From: Lytechinus pictus
Lineage: Eukaryota
DNA length: 64,000 bases
Reading direction: 5' to 3'
NCBI RefSeq assembly: GCF_037042905.1
Contig: NC_087251.1
Span: 36,458,001 to 36,522,000 of the forward strand
This document shows positions 41,446 through 53,995 of this stretch, in pieces (position 1 is the stretch's first letter; each line of letters opens with the position of its first letter). The notes under the pieces are model-generated. The model had not been told where the DNA came from and searched no databases. It saw only the letters and a program-made list of their open reading frames with translations. The position numbers and the translations under genes are program-made.

Positions 41446-41948
41446 TCCTTATACCTACCTTTGATCCACATGGTGGCAGCGGTGGGATAATGAACCTATG
41501 TCATCAAAATTAATGGTTGTATTTCATCTCTTTTTTTCTGTTGTTTCACTCTGTTTCTTTTGATAAATTAAATTTTGTTAAATTTGAATAATGAACATGG
41601 CTTATGCTTTTCTTCTCATGTATTAATCTTTCATTAAATTTCTTTATGTGTTTTACGTCATCAGAAAATGATTGAATATCATCTTTTTTTTTTCTTTGTC
41701 TCTTTGTTTATTTATTTTTTCTAAATTTACTTTATTTAGCTTTTTCATAGTGAATATTGTTTTTTTTTTATTCATGTTGTTATAATGACTGTTTATAATC
41801 TTTATCTTCTTGGTTTGACTTAATTTCTATTATATGAATTAAATGTGTTCAACTTTGAATAGTTAGCACAGCTTCATCTATTCTTCTCAAAATTGACTTA
41901 TATTGATTTTCCTAATGTCTCTTTTACACTACCACTTCGCATCATCAG

Positions 41949-42137
41949 ACCGTTGTTCTCTGAAGAGTGACCCTGGTACTTGCCGAGCTTGGATAGTCAA
42001 ATACTACTTCGACTCCAACTATGGTCAGTGTATCCAATTCTGGTATGGAGGCTGCGGAGGTAACGTTAATCTCTTTGATACCTACGAAGAATGCAAGGAA
42101 GAATGTGTTGGTGATGACGAGCGACTCACACAAGAAG
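41949..42137 (+). CDS. PAPLN: Papilin exon, Kunitz domain 1 (P1 Arg)
   Basis: GTCRAW...CIQFWYGGCGGNVNLF...C...C; cag/gtgagt. Confidence 0.96.
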
Positions 42138-42155
42138 GTGAGTTGGATCGATAAG

Positions 42156-42561
42156 CCAGTTCGTAGTTCCGCTCTGCGCATGATCAGAAGATTCTGCGCA
42201 TGATCAGAGGAAGGTCATTTGTACTAAAGTGACAGGGTGGTTTAAAATTGATGTCTTTGATGTCTTGATTATTCATATATTCTTTTGAATTGTGTTTTTC
42301 ATTTGCATCCACAAAAACAACTATGCGTCCACGAAGGACTGGTATTTCACAGTTTCCCAAATACATTGTACAACATGCTATAATATGCATTCAAAGTAGA
42401 AATGCAACGAATACCTTCATACAGTGTTCATTGATGTGCTATTCTCCATCCTGCTATGTAAGGCATGCTTACGTAATATCTTGCTTTAAAATCTCCCTAT
42501 CACAATGAAAGAAATGAAAGGTCATTTGACCAAAATTGTCCATGAAGTAACTACGAACTGG
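42156..42561. mobile_element. MITE just downstream of the Kunitz 1 donor
   Basis: TIR ccagttcgtagtt ... aactacgaactgg. Confidence 0.75.
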
Positions 42562-43048
42562 TCAATTTACTTTGACTGGGATCATTTACACCAAAATCAA
42601 TTTTCAGTGGTTGTATTATGGCTGGGGTGTTACAATATAAGATTTTTGAGGGGAGCTCAGTAATTGCTGTATTTTAGAAATATGTCAATGGCGGGAACCT
42701 CATGTTGTCTACTTAAGCAGTCTGCTAATTCCTGTTGAAAACTCTATTACTTACTTACATTGATCTTTTCGGTAAAATTTGATTAATTTTTCTAACACAA
42801 TGTTTTCATCATTATATCATGCAGAATTTTCAAGTTATGATTATAATTCATTAAGTATATCAGAGGTATAAGTTTATAGTAAAAAATCAAATATGTTAGA
42901 AGTGTTTAAAATGATATTAATTTTTATTGATAGGACATGATGTGCAAACCACAACAGGTATTTTTTCATCATTTTAAATGTGATCAATTTCGATGTGGTG
43001 GACATTTGATATAGAGAGATAAGAAATTACATCTTATATTCCCCTCAG

Positions 43049-43222
43049 ACCTCTGTATTCTGCCAGCTGATCCTGGCCCATGCAAGGGCACATTCAGTAA
43101 CTACTTCTATAATGACAGGACTGGCAGATGTGAGACCTTCAAGTATGGAGGCTGCCGTGGTAACAAGAACCGCTTCAGAACCGAGGCAGACTGTGAAATT
43201 GCTTGCGGAACATTCCACGATG
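43049..43222 (+). CDS. PAPLN: Papilin exon, Kunitz domain 2 (P1 Lys)
   Basis: LCILPADPGPCKGTFSNYFYNDRTGRCETFKYGGCRGNKNRF; cag/gtatgt. Confidence 0.96.
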
Positions 43223-44489
43223 GTATGTAACTGTAAACTCATCATAATTCCTTGGTGCAGTGATATGGGCTGGTTTCATAAAGACTTACTCCTGTGGTAA
43301 CTTTGCCATTATGGTAACTACCATGAAAACCTTGACTGTGATTGGTTGCTGAGCCCTGTTACCATAGAAGTTGACATACTTGCAAAGTTACCATAGTAAC
43401 TCTTTTTAAAATGAGTCCCACATTTATAAAGCTTAAATCATTGGCATAACTGTGGATAGTCCAACATGACACAATTATTTTCTCAATCTTGTCTTTTCAG
43501 CACTATTAAAAACTGTCTACCAGTGATAAATGCAATAATTTTTCTTTCCCATAAAAAAGTTGCGACTTTGGCCCTGTGACAGAAAAGTTTGCAATCAATC
43601 ACAAAATGTCACTGGCCAATCAAGATCATTTTTTCCCCATTGATAACCAAAACATCTGTCAAACTGTTACGAATTTGTAATTGATCACAAATCTTTTATA
43701 TTACAGGGTCCAGAAAATCCAATTAATAATGGAAGAGAACAATTTAGAGAGAGATGTTGTTTCAATTTGATACCATTTCTTCTCTTTTTTTACAAAGGAC
43801 ATTGTACAAATTTCCTGAAGAACAAATTATGACATTGATGGATTTCCATATACGTGGGGTTGATCGGATCAATCATAACTCTTTGAAAGACGGGGCCCTG
43901 TTGTATATTAACATCTACCATAGATAGTGATCTTGTTTATTTGTTTATTGGATAAATAAATAGATGGAATAGAATTATCAAAGTCGATTACTTCCAAATA
44001 TATGACAGAATAATTAAGATCTGCTTTGAGTATCACACAGATGATATGGAAATATTAGCCACTTACGTCACATATTTTTGTTTTGCTTTTTGTGTATGGA
44101 TGTATGTGTCTCTACAATACAAAACTAGTGAAACCTCAGGAAAACAGCTTTGCTCTAATATATGTGCATGTTTTTTAAATATATTTTTCAAACTCAAGCA
44201 ATTGAATAATTCATTCCATTATCTGGCTATTTATACCCAGATTATATTGTCTATGATTCTGGCTAATAGGTACTCATTAGCATTATCATTAATTTGACCA
44301 TTAAAAAAAGATATACATACATGGAAATGATATGAGAAAAGCAAGATGAGACATGACATGTGGGCCAAGGTTCACAAGGAGAAATTCTTCCCTTTTGCAT
44401 GAGGTCTCCTTAAATGCTGCTTTGAGGGATAAAATTTCATATTTCCATTAGTATAATTAATATAAATAATCATATTTGTTTGTATTTAG

Positions 44490-44690
44490 ATCCATGCAGT
44501 CTTCAGGCAGAGTATGGGGACTGCAGGGACTCTCACGTCAGGTGGTTCTTCAATGCCGACACTCGAATGTGTGAAGATTTTGAGTATTCTGGTTGCCGTG
44601 GTAACCAAAATCGGTTCATGGACAAGCAGTCGTGTGAGGAAGGATGCAATGCCAATCTTATAGACCATGTTGTGCCGATTACTAAGTATG
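44490..44690 (+). CDS. PAPLN: Papilin exon, Kunitz domain 3 (P1 Arg)
   Basis: GDCRDSHVRWFF...CEDFEYSGCRGNQNRF; tag/gtaagt. Confidence 0.96.
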
Positions 44691-45094
44691 GTAAGTCAAA
44701 CTATTTTCAAAGCTTTATTTATGAATATGCTTGTATTTGCTTTAGAATTTAATATCATGTTTTACAAAAAGTGTTCCTTTATTTTGAAAAACTGACTAAA
44801 TTATTTTGAAAACAGGTTGTACGCAAATTTAGGAGTGACAATTATTCCATGGCAACTCATATTCTAAAGATATCTTATGCACAAAGATGTTAAAAACAAG
44901 AAGGTAGATGAACAAAGAAGGTAGTTGAGAGAATAATACTGCATGTATTACTAACTTTGTTTCTGTTTCTGTTATGGTAACTCCTGTAGGAACTCAGCAG
45001 ACAGCTATTCGCTGGTATGATTCCAAGCTAGTATATAGCCATTTCAAAGGTTATGTCTGATCAGATTTAGCTGATAGATGATCAGATATTGTGG

Positions 45095-45226
45095 CTCACC
45101 TTGTAGACAACAGAAATTACTCTTTGAGTCTTTTTATCAAATTGGAGACAATGGCATAGTTGGGATTCAAACTCACAACCTTGTAATTAAGAGTCTAATG
45201 CTCTAACCACTATACCACACCACCCG
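45095..45226 (-). mobile_element. Decayed tRNA-derived SINE head
   Basis: Minus strand gtggtatagtggttagagc...aggttgtgagtttgaatccc (A and B boxes). Confidence 0.6.
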
Positions 45227-45330
45227 CGTGACTCAAAAGTGCTCTGCCGATTTAAAGATCACCAAATTATCAGCTTTTGATAAAAGAAAATGGTGTGTAA
45301 CTAGTTTTCAACCTCTGTTCTTAATTACAG

Positions 45331-45498
45331 AGCAGTGTAGTGTAGCTGCAGATCCAGGAAACTGCTTTGCCTACTTCCCCATGTGGGCATATGATGTAAC
45401 AGAAGGTAAATGCAAGGACTTTGTGTATGGTGGTTGTCAAGGCAACAACAACAAATTTGAGACTGAGCTGGCTTGCCAGGAAGCGTGTTATGTTGAAG
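45331..45498 (+). CDS. PAPLN: Papilin exon, Kunitz domain 4 (P1 Phe)
   Basis: GNCFAYFPMWAY...CKDFVYGGCQGNNNKF; cag/gtatgg. Confidence 0.96.
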
Positions 45499-45670
45499 GT
45501 ATGGGATATTTTTTTATCACAATTTCAATTTTGGAATTTAAAAAAATGCAAAGAGAAATGGCTTTTTACACATTCACAATGCTGTAATAATTTGATGTGG
45601 CAATGTGAATATTTTGCCTTGAAGATGTGATTGTGAGATCTTAAATATGTTTTTAAAAATACATATTTTA

Positions 45671-45873
45671 CAGGGGCGGATCCAGCTTTTTATAAAGGGG
45701 GGGGTTGGGGTGGTATGCGAGGGAGCGTAGCGACCGAGTCCAAGCGAGCGGAGCGAGCGAGGGGGGAGGGTGTGGGAGGGGGGTGTCCCCCCTCCCACAG
45801 TAGGGATTTAAAAAAATGGTTTTTTTTGGGGGGGGTTGCAACCCCCCCAACCCCCCCTCTAGATCCGCTTCTG
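45671..45873. mobile_element. hAT-like GC-rich MITE
   Basis: caggggcggatccag ... ctagatccgcttctg. Confidence 0.75.
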
Positions 45874-46071
45874 TTTTAACACCTTACTATGAATCCTTTG
45901 CTAACCATAGAATCTCTGTTGATTAAGAAAAAATATGGTTATTATGTGACACTTTGTAAAGATATCATCAGCAATTTCAAATTTACATAATAATACAGTC
46001 AATATGGCATTTTCATAACCACCCACTCTTCTATACCATCTTCCCATTTTCCCGAACCTCACAACAACCAG

Positions 46072-46275
46072 GCAAGACACTTTGCGAGCGTCTGCGTGCC
46101 CTCCATGAGGCATCGGGGGTGCTTGACCAACCCCAGTGTAAGTTTGATGGTAGCTTTGAACCCCTCCAGTGCCCCCCTCGGAGCGGTGATTGTTGGTGTG
46201 TGACAGACCTTGGGGAAGAGATTGATGGCAGCAGAATCACCAGACAGCTTCACACACTCAGGCTTGACTGCTCAG
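46072..46275 (+). CDS. PAPLN: Papilin exon, thyroglobulin type-1 domain 1
   Basis: TLCERLR...PQCKFDGSFEPLQC...CWCVTDLGEEIDGSR...C; cag/gtattc; phase 1-1. Confidence 0.92.
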
Positions 46276-47304
46276 GTATTCATTTATTTGTTTAATCTAT
46301 TAAATTTCCAAATTAAAGAAATATTATAGAAAATACATATCAAACTTCCATCATTTTACTTTGTGGAGGTGTCATTAAAAGCAGAAGCTTTACATAGGTG
46401 ACTCCTCTTATATACACACCCCAACCCTCTCCCATCTTGGGAAAAAAATATACATTTTGAGAGTAGTCATAAAAAAATCACCCACTAATGTGACTTTTCA
46501 ATTGACGATTGTAAAAATATGAAGTTGCAAAAGTGAATTAGATGCAGTTTGAAAATAAATATAAAAACAAGCAAAGCTAAGCACACTTTAGATAATTGTA
46601 TCATTAATGTTTTACTTTTGTTCCATTCATGATTATCCATGAACTTAAGAATTCAAGCCAAAATCATTGAAATTTTTTTTTGTCCAAGTGACTCTCTTGC
46701 AGTTCAAGTCATTGTTAAGGCTTGAAATCCGATGATTTTTTAAGAATTTGATATATTCAACTAGAAATATTATCAATAATATAAAGATATATAAAGAATG
46801 GATGAGAATTATGACTACTTTCATATCTACTGCTGATACCATACAACTTTATTTTGTTAGGATATATTTTTTATACACATCATTTCTTTGCCATATCTTT
46901 AATAGTTCTTCTAATACTCAGTTATAAATGATATACCTACCTTAAATACTCTTTGATATAAGTAAAATATAATGCGAGTGGAACATAAGTTACAGTACTA
47001 CTACTGAGAGTAATGTTAATCAAAACTATAAAAGTGACAATGTTATTATTGATGATGGTGATAACAGTAAATATGTATTCATATACATTTTCAATTATAG
47101 TAATAAACATAACATATATATTATGAACTTTTGAAAATTTATGACCAATTTCATATCTACTACTGATATCATAATGATGTACCCTGCAAGTCATATGAGG
47201 AATAGAAGCTATCAATTGTAAATCCTTTATTTATTAGATACTATAGTAACAGTCAGACACCTGTGCTTCTCGGCCAATTAAAACCAAGGAAAGTTGCCTA
47301 ATCT

Positions 47305-47519
47305 GGGGGGTGTTTCTCAAAGATTTAAGTATGACTTAGAGTCGCACTTAAACGCCTAGTTGAGTGCGGTATGAAAGGCTTGACAACAGTGGTCAGATTG
47401 TGCCATGAGGATGTGCACTACTTCGTATCAATCAATAAGATCGCGTGTTGCATATTTTAAAGCGTCGGCATTTGAGTGCGTTTCTTAGTCATACTTAAAT
47501 CTTTGTGAAACACCCCCCC
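47305..47519. mobile_element. MITE of the ggggtgtttcacaaagatttaagtatgac family
   Basis: ~30-bp TIRs; relatives at ~5922-6134 and 32936-33356. Confidence 0.85.
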
Positions 47520-47620
47520 TTGAAAATCTTTAACCCAACAGATATTAATGAAACACCTCTCTCCTCAATGAAATCATTAATCCACCTTCCTTACACTCTA
47601 TATGCATTCCCTAAATTCAG

Positions 47621-47875
47621 TCTATCCAGACAGCGCTGGCAACTCTCGGCCGACCATCAGAACGACCACTGTAGACATGGCTGAGCTGACCCTATGCCAG
47701 CAGGATCAGCGTACAGCTCAGGGTAGCTATGTTCCTCAATGCACCGAGAGTGGAGACTATGAACCCATGCAGTGTTATGGATCTAACAATGATTACTGTT
47801 GGTGTGTCAATGAGAACGGCGAGGAACTGGACTTCACCAGGACGCTCCCGGAACAGGATAGACCAAGCTGTCAAG
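47621..47875 (+). CDS. PAPLN: Papilin exon, thyroglobulin type-1 domain 2 (alternative in-frame start at 47630)
   Basis: YVPQCTESGDYEPMQC...YCWCVNENGEE; gtaggt donor. Confidence 0.92.
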
Positions 47876-48202
47876 GTAGGTGTCCTAGACATTTTGTATC
47901 TGAAAATGGGTTTGGGGATGAATAGAACTATATTTTCCTCAGGTTAGTTCCTCAAGGAGCAGTTATAAATTAGGGGTCATTTACTCTAGATATCTCATGC
48001 GACTTGATCTTCAACCAATCCAATTTGTGTCTTTATTGAGCTAGTATCTGTTTGTATGTTTGTTTTATAAAGCTGTTAGTACAGTTACAAACTACTTCAC
48101 ATGTGACCGGAACATGTTATTAGGTGCTATGCCAGCTCCAAAGGGATGTATCATTTACCGCAAAAAGGATCACCGGTCGTATGCTCAGTTTTTCGTAAGT
48201 TA

Positions 48203-48434
48203 AGGCCCTGTCACATTGTTCCGGGCAAGAGTTTTGGGTAAGTTGCGGGTTATTGCCCGCTACTCACGCACAACAAAGTTTTGAACTTGTCCAAAACTTT
48301 TCTGATTGCAAATCGGACTTGCGTTCGCTTCTTTGGGAAACTGCGCGTGAGATGCATGCGATATACTGTCAATGCGGGCGACATTCGGATAGCAAAAATA
48401 GTTACTTGCTTGCACGAAGCGATGTGACAGAGCC
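48203..48434. mobile_element. Harbinger-type MITE
   Basis: aggccctgtcacat ... atgtgacagagcct. Confidence 0.7.
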
Positions 48435-48526
48435 TTTACGTATGGATTTATGAAACACATTCCTTGGCTATAAATAAAAAGCATCAATTATAACCCGTAA
48501 CTTTCCGACTTCTCTTACTCCTACAG

Positions 48527-48754
48527 GTATCCTAGACTCTGTATGCTTCACCACATACAGGATGATCAAAGAAGGTACCCAATCTTCAGAATACATGCCG
48601 CAGTGTACGCCTCAAGGTCTGTTTGCCAAGCTGCAGTGTCAGACAGAGAGAGGCTGTCTCTGTGTGAATGAATCCAGTGGGTCTGTCCTGTTTGCAGTGG
48701 ATGTTGACCCTGAGATGGCCACACCTAGGTCCTGCGATGGGATAAGTACCAGAG
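48527..48754 (+). CDS. PAPLN: Papilin exon, thyroglobulin type-1 domain 3 (CLCV variant)
   Basis: YMPQCTPQGLFAKLQC...CLCVNESSG; cag/gtgggt; phase 1-1. Confidence 0.88.
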
Positions 48755-48776
48755 GTGGGTAAAGGCCAATCTCCAT

Positions 48777-49322
48777 GGCCCAAATTTACAAAGGTGGTTT
48801 TGAAAACCCACGGTTGAGTCCATGGTTTATGCAGATTTCCTGTATAAATTACGCTTATTTTACCGTGTATATTAAATAATGGCAAAAAGAAGCTGCTGAA
48901 AACTGCTTATCTAATAAAAGAGAGCCAATGGAGTAAATTAGAAAGTCAAAAGGGGCCTAAGCTTTCGATCCTAGCAGAATCTTCGTCGGAGGCAAAATAA
49001 TGTCTAATGCTGATGCGCGCTATTGTCACAATGCGCCAAATTGACGCCTTTGCCATGGTTAAGTACGCTAATTTATTCATGAGTCCACTGTTTTGAATTA
49101 ACGAGTCCACCCTTCAAACAGTGGACTCATGAATAAAATAGCGTATCTAACCCATGGTAACAGGCGTCAATTTGGCGCACTGTGACAAAAGCGCGCATCA
49201 GCATTGGAATTTTTTATACACGCGCCATATACGCGCTAAATTAAGCGTAACTTATACAGGAAATCTGCATAAACCATGGATTCAACCGTGGGTTTTCAAG
49301 ACCACCTTTGTGAATTCGGGCC
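48777..49322. mobile_element. Second copy of the fold-back MITE, interrupted at ~48873-48997
   Basis: Near-identical to 16896-17330 apart from the insert. Confidence 0.9.
48955..48993 (-). ncRNA. Minimal hammerhead ribozyme variant (core CCGACGA) in a ~125-bp insert
   Basis: Minus strand reads gcct CCGACGA a gattc tgcta ggatc GAAA gc TT aggc; U4-to-C change in the core. Confidence 0.6.
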
Positions 49323-50037
49323 ATATGTTTTCTCAGGCTATATACAGTCTCACCAAGGGAACTGACTCCATACTGACTGATTATAAGCCATTTGAAATAG
49401 CTTTGACTAGTCTGGGTTGGTTTTGTTGGTGTACCTGTTGTATTAGAAATAAGCAATATTGCAGGATCTCTTCTTGAATTGAAATGAATTGGTTTATATA
49501 AAAACAACATAAAACAGGCAACCCGAAGGTTGAAAATGTTCAGTTTACAAACATAAATCAAGAAATAATGTAATTATCCAAAGTTAGACACAATTCATGA
49601 ATCAAGTGTAGTTTTACAAATTATTTCAATGCTAATAAAATGAAAGTTACTCCTGATAAAAGATTTTTTTACAATAAATGGATAATTCATCAGTTTTCCA
49701 CTATCATTTTTGATTTATTAGAAAAATATAGAAATAGAGTGAATTAGATAATCAGAGAAATAGCAAAAATATGAATGGTCTGTTAAAGCAAACACAAATT
49801 ATGTGATTGGTTTAATAAACAGAATATAAATGGAATAAGAATTTATAGAATATTTCAATTTGAGTGAATTAAGAACATGCTCATCAAATAAAAAGTTTTG
49901 AAAAAGCTGTATTCTGATTATTGGGTCAACCAGTGATAAGGGTGAAAGAGACAAAGTTGAGACTAATATGAAAACAAAGATTGCACATAACACTTGTATT
50001 GCTTATTCCCCCCCCCCCTCCCACTTTTTGCCTTCAG

Positions 50038-50247
50038 TCCTGACGATCTGTCAGATCCATCAACAGGAAAGCCTTGCTACGAGCGGCGAGGCTGAGAACC
50101 GTTACATCCCTGATTGCACCTCAGACGGTTCCTACGCACCTATCCAGTGTTATGAAGGCCAGGCAAGGTACTGCTGGTGTGTCAACGAAGCAGGAGAGGA
50201 GATACCAGGAACCAGAAGGAGGGGTGAAGAACCAGACTGCACAGTTG
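50038..50247 (+). CDS. PAPLN: Papilin exon, thyroglobulin type-1 domain 4
   Basis: YIPDCTSDGSYAPIQC...YCWCVNEAGEEIPGTR; cag/gtaaaa. Confidence 0.94.
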
Positions 50248-50926
50248 GTAAAAGATTCATTTTTAGTTTTGGTAAATCCCCTAAGAGTGAGTGTCACTAT
50301 TCAAATTCTTTACTAGATCATCCGATTGTGTATATGCCCTCAAATGGATTGTGATGTTGAGGATGTACAGTATAATAGAAATGTGTTTCATTGAAAGAAA
50401 TTTGTGATTTCGCGCAAAAAATGACCTACCCAATCAAAATTAAGTGTGTAAAGTTCTCAAGCATAGAATGAGCTAAAAATGTCAGGATATAGTGTTGTAT
50501 GTACCTTTATAATATCAAATTACTGTATTTGTAAGGTAAGTGCTCAGAGGGCTATTTTGAAAAAAAAAAAATATTACTGAGAGAGGATGCCAGATATGAA
50601 ACAATTAATGGCCTCTACACTCTTGTAAGATTGGAATGTCAGATGATACTGGAGTATAATTCACATTATTGTCCCATTACCAAAGCTTTTTACAGGCTTT
50701 AAAGGAGAAACTTTTCATCAGTGAAATTCTTCATAATTTATGTAAAAATATCTAAATTGGTCTACAATTTGACTGTTTTCTGTGCAAATTCTCAAAATTG
50801 GTAAGCAGTAGTGATCACCCCCAACTGTGAAGATTCCCTCGTGTGGTTGTAATCGTGAAGACATAAAGCTGAAATATGTTACTCGATATTTTGTTTATAA
50901 AAATTATCAATTTATTTTTTATGCAG

Positions 50927-51157
50927 AGACCGTAGAACCTACGGAAGCAGTGACCGAGAAGACCTCGGCAGCAGCGACACCAACCATAGCAAACACAGCA
51001 TTAGAGGCGACGACCACCATCATCACCACCCAGGCATCTATCATCGATGTCAATGATGTAATTATCATAGGAGAAGAAGGGACGTTAGAGGGAGAGGAGG
51101 AGGTTTCAGAAGAGATACCGGAAGAGGAAGACTGTACTGATAGTTCAAATTGTCAAG
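50927..51157 (+). CDS. PAPLN: Papilin exon, Thr-rich/acidic linker
   Basis: Open T/A/E-rich frame; cag/gtcggt; phase 1-1. Confidence 0.8.
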
Positions 51158-51566
51158 GTCGGTTCCTGAACCAAATAATTTCAATTTATTTCTATATTTC
51201 CTTTATGAAATATAAAAATACATACATACGTGCAGAAAAATAGAAATATTAAGTTGATTAAAGCAATTTATTTGTGAGATATTATATGTGAATGAAAATA
51301 ATGAGCCAGAAATATATTCAAATATGATTGGTACTGCTTAAGCATCTCACTTGGCTGATGGGAACTTTCAAAGCAATTGAAACTCATAGAATCCCGCCTT
51401 GAATTCCCTTGAATTCCTCTAGTAGACTGTTGGACAACATGTTATATAATTTTTAAAGAGATAAAAAAAATGTATATTTCAATTATTTTCATAAGAGTTT
51501 TTTTTAAGACCGATTTTTGGGCATCCTCACACTTCTTTAAAATCCTCCTTTCTCCATGCACCCAAG

Positions 51567-51851
51567 GTACTTCCTCAGCAAGCATAGGCCCAAGTCAATC
51601 CCCAATCTCTGCCACACCTGGAGACATGGTGGTTCTGACTTGTGAGGCAACGGGATCCCCACCCCCAACCATCTCATGGAGGAGATTTGATCAGGATGTC
51701 AGTGAGTTTGACGACCGGAGGTTCCAGATCGGCGAGGATGGGGTCTTAACCATCCTCCACGCCAAGGTCAGCGATTCAGGACCGTTCGTCTGTGTGGCTG
51801 ATAATGGTGTCGGAGAACCAGATACAGCAAATTTTGAGATAACAGTTTCAG
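51567..51851 (+). CDS. PAPLN: Papilin exon, Ig domain 1 (alternative in-frame start at 51579)
   Basis: LTCEATGSPPPTISW...LTI...DSGPFVCVADN; gtgaga donor. Confidence 0.92.
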
Positions 51852-52010
51852 GTGAGAGAGAACAATGCTTGGTTGCAATCAACAAGTTCAATGTGTGTTT
51901 GAAAATGTGGTTATTTTTTCATAAAAAGAGATTTCAACAAGAAGAGAGAGTTAACTCACAACAATCTACATACTGTGTTTTCACCATTGTGAGTGCATTT
52001 ATCTTTTTAA

Positions 52011-52217
52011 GGCCCGTATTCTCAAGAGGTTTCATTTTTAATATAGTACCAAACCATGGTTTATGCGAATTTGTTATATTATCGTGCTTCATTCAAGCAT
52101 GAGTTTGGCACCCTTTGTGAAAAGGGTGTATTTATAAGTGTAACTATGTACACAAAATATATAGTCCATGGTTTTGTACCATGCTACAATTGAAACCTCT
52201 TTGGAAAAAAATGGGCC
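52011..52217. mobile_element. Harbinger-type MITE with TAA flanks
   Basis: taa-ggcccgtattctcaagaggtttca ... tgaaacctctttgg...gggcc-taa. Confidence 0.7.
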
Positions 52218-52356
52218 TAACTTTTTGTATTCTTTTCATAGTTATTATGAAGAATAGGTTTCATACATAGATAAATAGGATAAAAGCACATTCTGATATA
52301 TTGGCTCTGTTTTTGCTGAAACTTCTTCATTCATTTCCTACTTTTTTTCTTCTCAG

Positions 52357-52647
52357 ACCGTTCTCGACCTCCTAGGAGGCGTGGTGGACATCGCCAATCT
52401 CGCATTAAGGTCCGGGAAGGCAAGACCGTCAGCATGAACTGCAGAGCCAAGGGCAACCCTCTCCCAACCATCACCTGGGAGTTCCAAGGGTTAGAACTCT
52501 CCGACATTGAGAACAGGATCACTAAAGGAGATGGAGGACTACTCAGGATCAGTGATGTCAACCTAGCGGACATGGGCACCTACAAGTGTACTGCTAGGAA
52601 CATGTATGGCATTATACAGATGAGAGTCTTTACTCTTATTGTAGAAG
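52357..52647 (+). CDS. PAPLN: Papilin exon, Arg-rich linker plus Ig domain 2
   Basis: MNCRAKGNPLPTITW...DMGTYKCTARN; cag/gtgaga. Confidence 0.94.
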
Positions 52648-53105
52648 GTGAGATGGAATATAGTCAACCTTACCAAAGTCGAATCTGTTGGGACTGAAGA
52701 AAGAGTTTTGACCTCAAAAAATTCACAAGCGTTGAATATGAAGAGAAGATGACTTGGAAAGATGTTATGATTATTTGACTTTTTTTTTACTCTAATAGCC
52801 AAGATTGAGTGTATGTTTAGCAACAAATTGCACTTTCATTTCTTCTAAATTTGAATTTTTTATTTGATGGAAATTTGTTTAAGGGATAATTTCCAGGTAA
52901 TCATGCGAGTGATGTCTTGTCCAAATCCCAGCCCTCCTTTAGCCTATGAAATCCCACCACCACAGCATGTCAAGGGAAAGGCGATCCCATATGTTAAATG
53001 TTGTGCATTGGCCACCATGATTTTGTTCTCTTGGACATTTGACATGTTTAGATCCAAGGTTTCCTCAATCCACTAACGATATCACTTTTTTCTTTCTTAT
53101 TTCAG

Positions 53106-53285
53106 CTGAAGTTGCAATAGTGGATCCTCCCATCAGCCAACAAGTTACCGAGGGTGATACCGTCAACCTTCTTTGCGGAACCACAGGATCGCCTAAACCT
53201 AATGTTATGTGGAATCGTAATGATGCTCCTTTACCCAATACCAATCGATTCATCATAGGTTCAACTAATGATCTCACAATAAGAG
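53106..53285 (+). CDS. PAPLN: Papilin exon, Ig domain 3 first half
   Basis: EGDTVNLLCGTTGSPKPNVMW...LTIR; cag/gtagga. Confidence 0.93.
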
Positions 53286-53339
53286 GTAGGAGTTTTCTTT
53301 GTATCTGTTATGTAGAGGTGATCCCTATTTGAAGAAAAA

Positions 53340-53995
53340 CAGTGTCCCACACTGTTTACAGTGTGGAACAAAGTATGGAGTGTGTTCACAGTGTGGCAGA
53401 CAATGTGAGGTAACCTTTAGCCTGTTTGATTTAAGCATTTTAAAAGTGTGGATCACATTTTTCACCTTGTCCACTATTTGGACACACTGTGAACACTCAG
53501 TGTTGAGATGTTCATTGCATGAAATCATCACCACGCTTTAAAATTTTAGCATTTTAACTGTGAGTTGCATCATCACATAGTCCACTATGTGACCACACCA
53601 TCAAATTTATCTCACACTGTGTACACAGTGCAAAAGTCAATTGGACACTGTGGACTTCACATAGTCCACTATTTGACCACACTGTAAAATTTACCTCACA
53701 CTGTGTCCACTGTGTGACCACACTAAAATTTACCTCACACTGTCACTGTGTCCACTATGTGACCACACTTTAAAATTTACCTCACATTGTGTCCACTATG
53801 TGACCACTCTATGAAATTTACCTCACACTGTGTCCACTATGTCACCACACTATAAAATTTATCTCACACTGTGTACTCAGTGCAAAAGTCAATTTGACCC
53901 TGTTGACTACGTAGTTGTGTCCACAGTTTGAAATTAATTTTACAGTGTAAAATTCATAAATCACATCTTTCCATACTTCATTATGTGAACACACT
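53340..53995. repeat. CACACTG-rich tandem repeat element
   Basis: ~39-bp units tgtccactatgtgaccacact..aaatttacctcacactg. Confidence 0.8.
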
